DNA from: Octopus sinensis
Lineage: Eukaryota
DNA: 64,000 bases
Direction of reading: 5' to 3'
NCBI RefSeq assembly: GCF_006345805.1
Contig: NC_043010.1
Span: 42,780,001-42,844,000 of the forward strand
The notes below the pieces were generated by a model. The model had not been told where the DNA came from and searched no databases. It worked only from the letters and a program-made list of their open reading frames with translations. The position numbers were made by a program, and so were the translations under genes. Shown one piece after another: positions 62,441-64,000 of the stretch (positions are counted from its first letter, which is position 1; each line of letters starts with the position of its first letter).

Positions 62441-63039
62441 CTAGCTGCTATTTTCACCCCTCTACTAAAAACACTAATAGTCATTATTCATACTCACAGC
62501 CTTAAAATAACTATAGACTCCTGCCTAATTATTGTTGACTTAATCTTACACTAGCTTACACTTTTTCAGGAAACTAAATGAAAAACTTTCGCATTAAAGA
62601 AGGAACATGTCATTTCTCTCCCAGCAGTATTTAAGAACCCTGTCTACATCAGCAGAAAGATCTTCAATCTCTCCTTAAAGATGTAAATATTTGATAGAGC
62701 TATACTAGTTAGGGGCTTCAAAATGAAAATTGCCAATACACTCCATTTGCCATGCATACAAAAGAAAAGCACAAATATTATATGATTTGCATAATGCTTC
62801 ATCATATGTAAAAACTTTTTAGCTACCTCAAGCTTAATACTGGGGGGTGGGGATGAGTCAATTACATCAACCCCAGTGTCCAAGTGGCACTTATTTTATC
62901 AACCCTGAAAGGATCAAAGGCAAAGTTGACGTCAATGGAATCTCAAGCTTAATATTAATTCTTAGTTGCATTAAGAACAAGATAAATGTAATATCACACA
63001 TACCCACCATCAAACAAGAAAATACATGCTAGTCATGAA

Positions 63040-63300
63040 ACTTAATCCTGCATGGAAACAATACTTAATGAGGCAGAAAAGAATACAGTCGTCAAATATG
63101 TTTGGAAATAAAAGCTTCAAACTACAGTATTAAATAGAAAATCCTGGAAATTTCCAGACTCTACTAAGCTAAAAGGTGTGATTGATGTTCAGTGGAAGAG
63201 ACTCTTTAGAAATCTTCATAAACATGACTTCTATTTAAACATACAATCAGAGAAATTAGGGAAATGCAGACACTTTGAAAAGCACCTACTTTGCAACAGG
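63040..63300 (+). pseudogene. Penelope-like GIY-YIG C-terminal relic
   Basis: NTVVKYVWK and FYLNIQSEKLGKCRHFEKHLLCN. Confidence 0.75.
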
Positions 63301-64000
63301 GAAGCACCACCTTCAGTCAACAAGAGCCAGATATGCATTGGTACCTGATATTTTTTCATTTACTTCTTCAAACTTTCCGACTATATTCTTAGTTTCATAT
63401 TTACCTTTCCTTCCCATTTCCCATCTTTCTGTTAGCTACCCTTAATATTCCCTTTCTTATTGAACTACATTTAATGGTTTTTGTCTCTCCTCAATTTCAT
63501 CTTACAATGATTTTCTCAGTAACCTCAGTATTTACAACGAAAATAAAATAATTTTTGACTGATGAGAATTAGTTATATTATCATGAAACAGAAATTTTAA
63601 AAACTTTGGAAAATATTTTAACACCATCTGGTAACTAGATGAAGACCACAAGGCCAATGGTAATCCTCATAAAAATTAAGTCATCACACACATCAATTCC
63701 AAATGTATCCATAAAGACAATTTTTTTTCTATCCAATTGGGAAAATACCACATTCACTAGGCTCACACCACCACAAATCTCTATGACAGCAGAACAAACA
63801 CTACTTTCATTCCTGCCAAGTTAAAAAGTTCCCAACTTGCACACACAATACCCATATATATATATATAACTATTACACGATTTCTCATGAACCTACTTAA
63901 TCACAGCATCTATTTACACCAACAAAAAATGAAACAAATAATTTCAACACCTCAACACACTTCTCCAATTAATTCTTTCCAGTGAATGGGCACTGATAAT

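Overview
AT-rich, microsatellite-laden animal genomic DNA. The SINE/LINE repertoire and (TA)n/(TATG)n load look like an octopus genome (inference from repeat style, not checked). There are two host genes. (1) A + strand, divergent FEM-1-like ankyrin/VHL-box gene with a large terminal coding exon 11507-13131 and two in-phase candidate upstream exons (5513-5659, 6940-7029). (2) A - strand C2H2 zinc-finger gene (CDS 33086-32414 joined to 30032-29161, 514 aa). The rest is a transposon graveyard: several tRNA-derived SINE families, RTE and L1/Tx1 LINE relics, Gypsy pol, a solo LTR, Tigger, mariner, hAT/Merlin/piggyBac/Tc1-type MITEs, Helentron-type HINEs, and at least six Penelope-like (PLE) relics. 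The most notable signal, not visible in the ORF track, is three unrelated families of small non-coding elements carrying minimal type I hammerhead ribozyme (HHR) motifs. The first is a 392-bp retrozyme-like insertion (350-nt monomer + 42-nt terminal redundancy + ~12-bp target-site duplication, 15842-16257). The other two are fold-back elements with an HHR in each arm, i.e. on both strands (10003-10347 and 44184-44406); the second has a CCGANGA core variant shared by all its copies. An unexplained G-poor diverged tandem array at ~25280-27110 carries a conserved microexon-like block on the - strand. All calls are by eye; no database search or folding computation was run.
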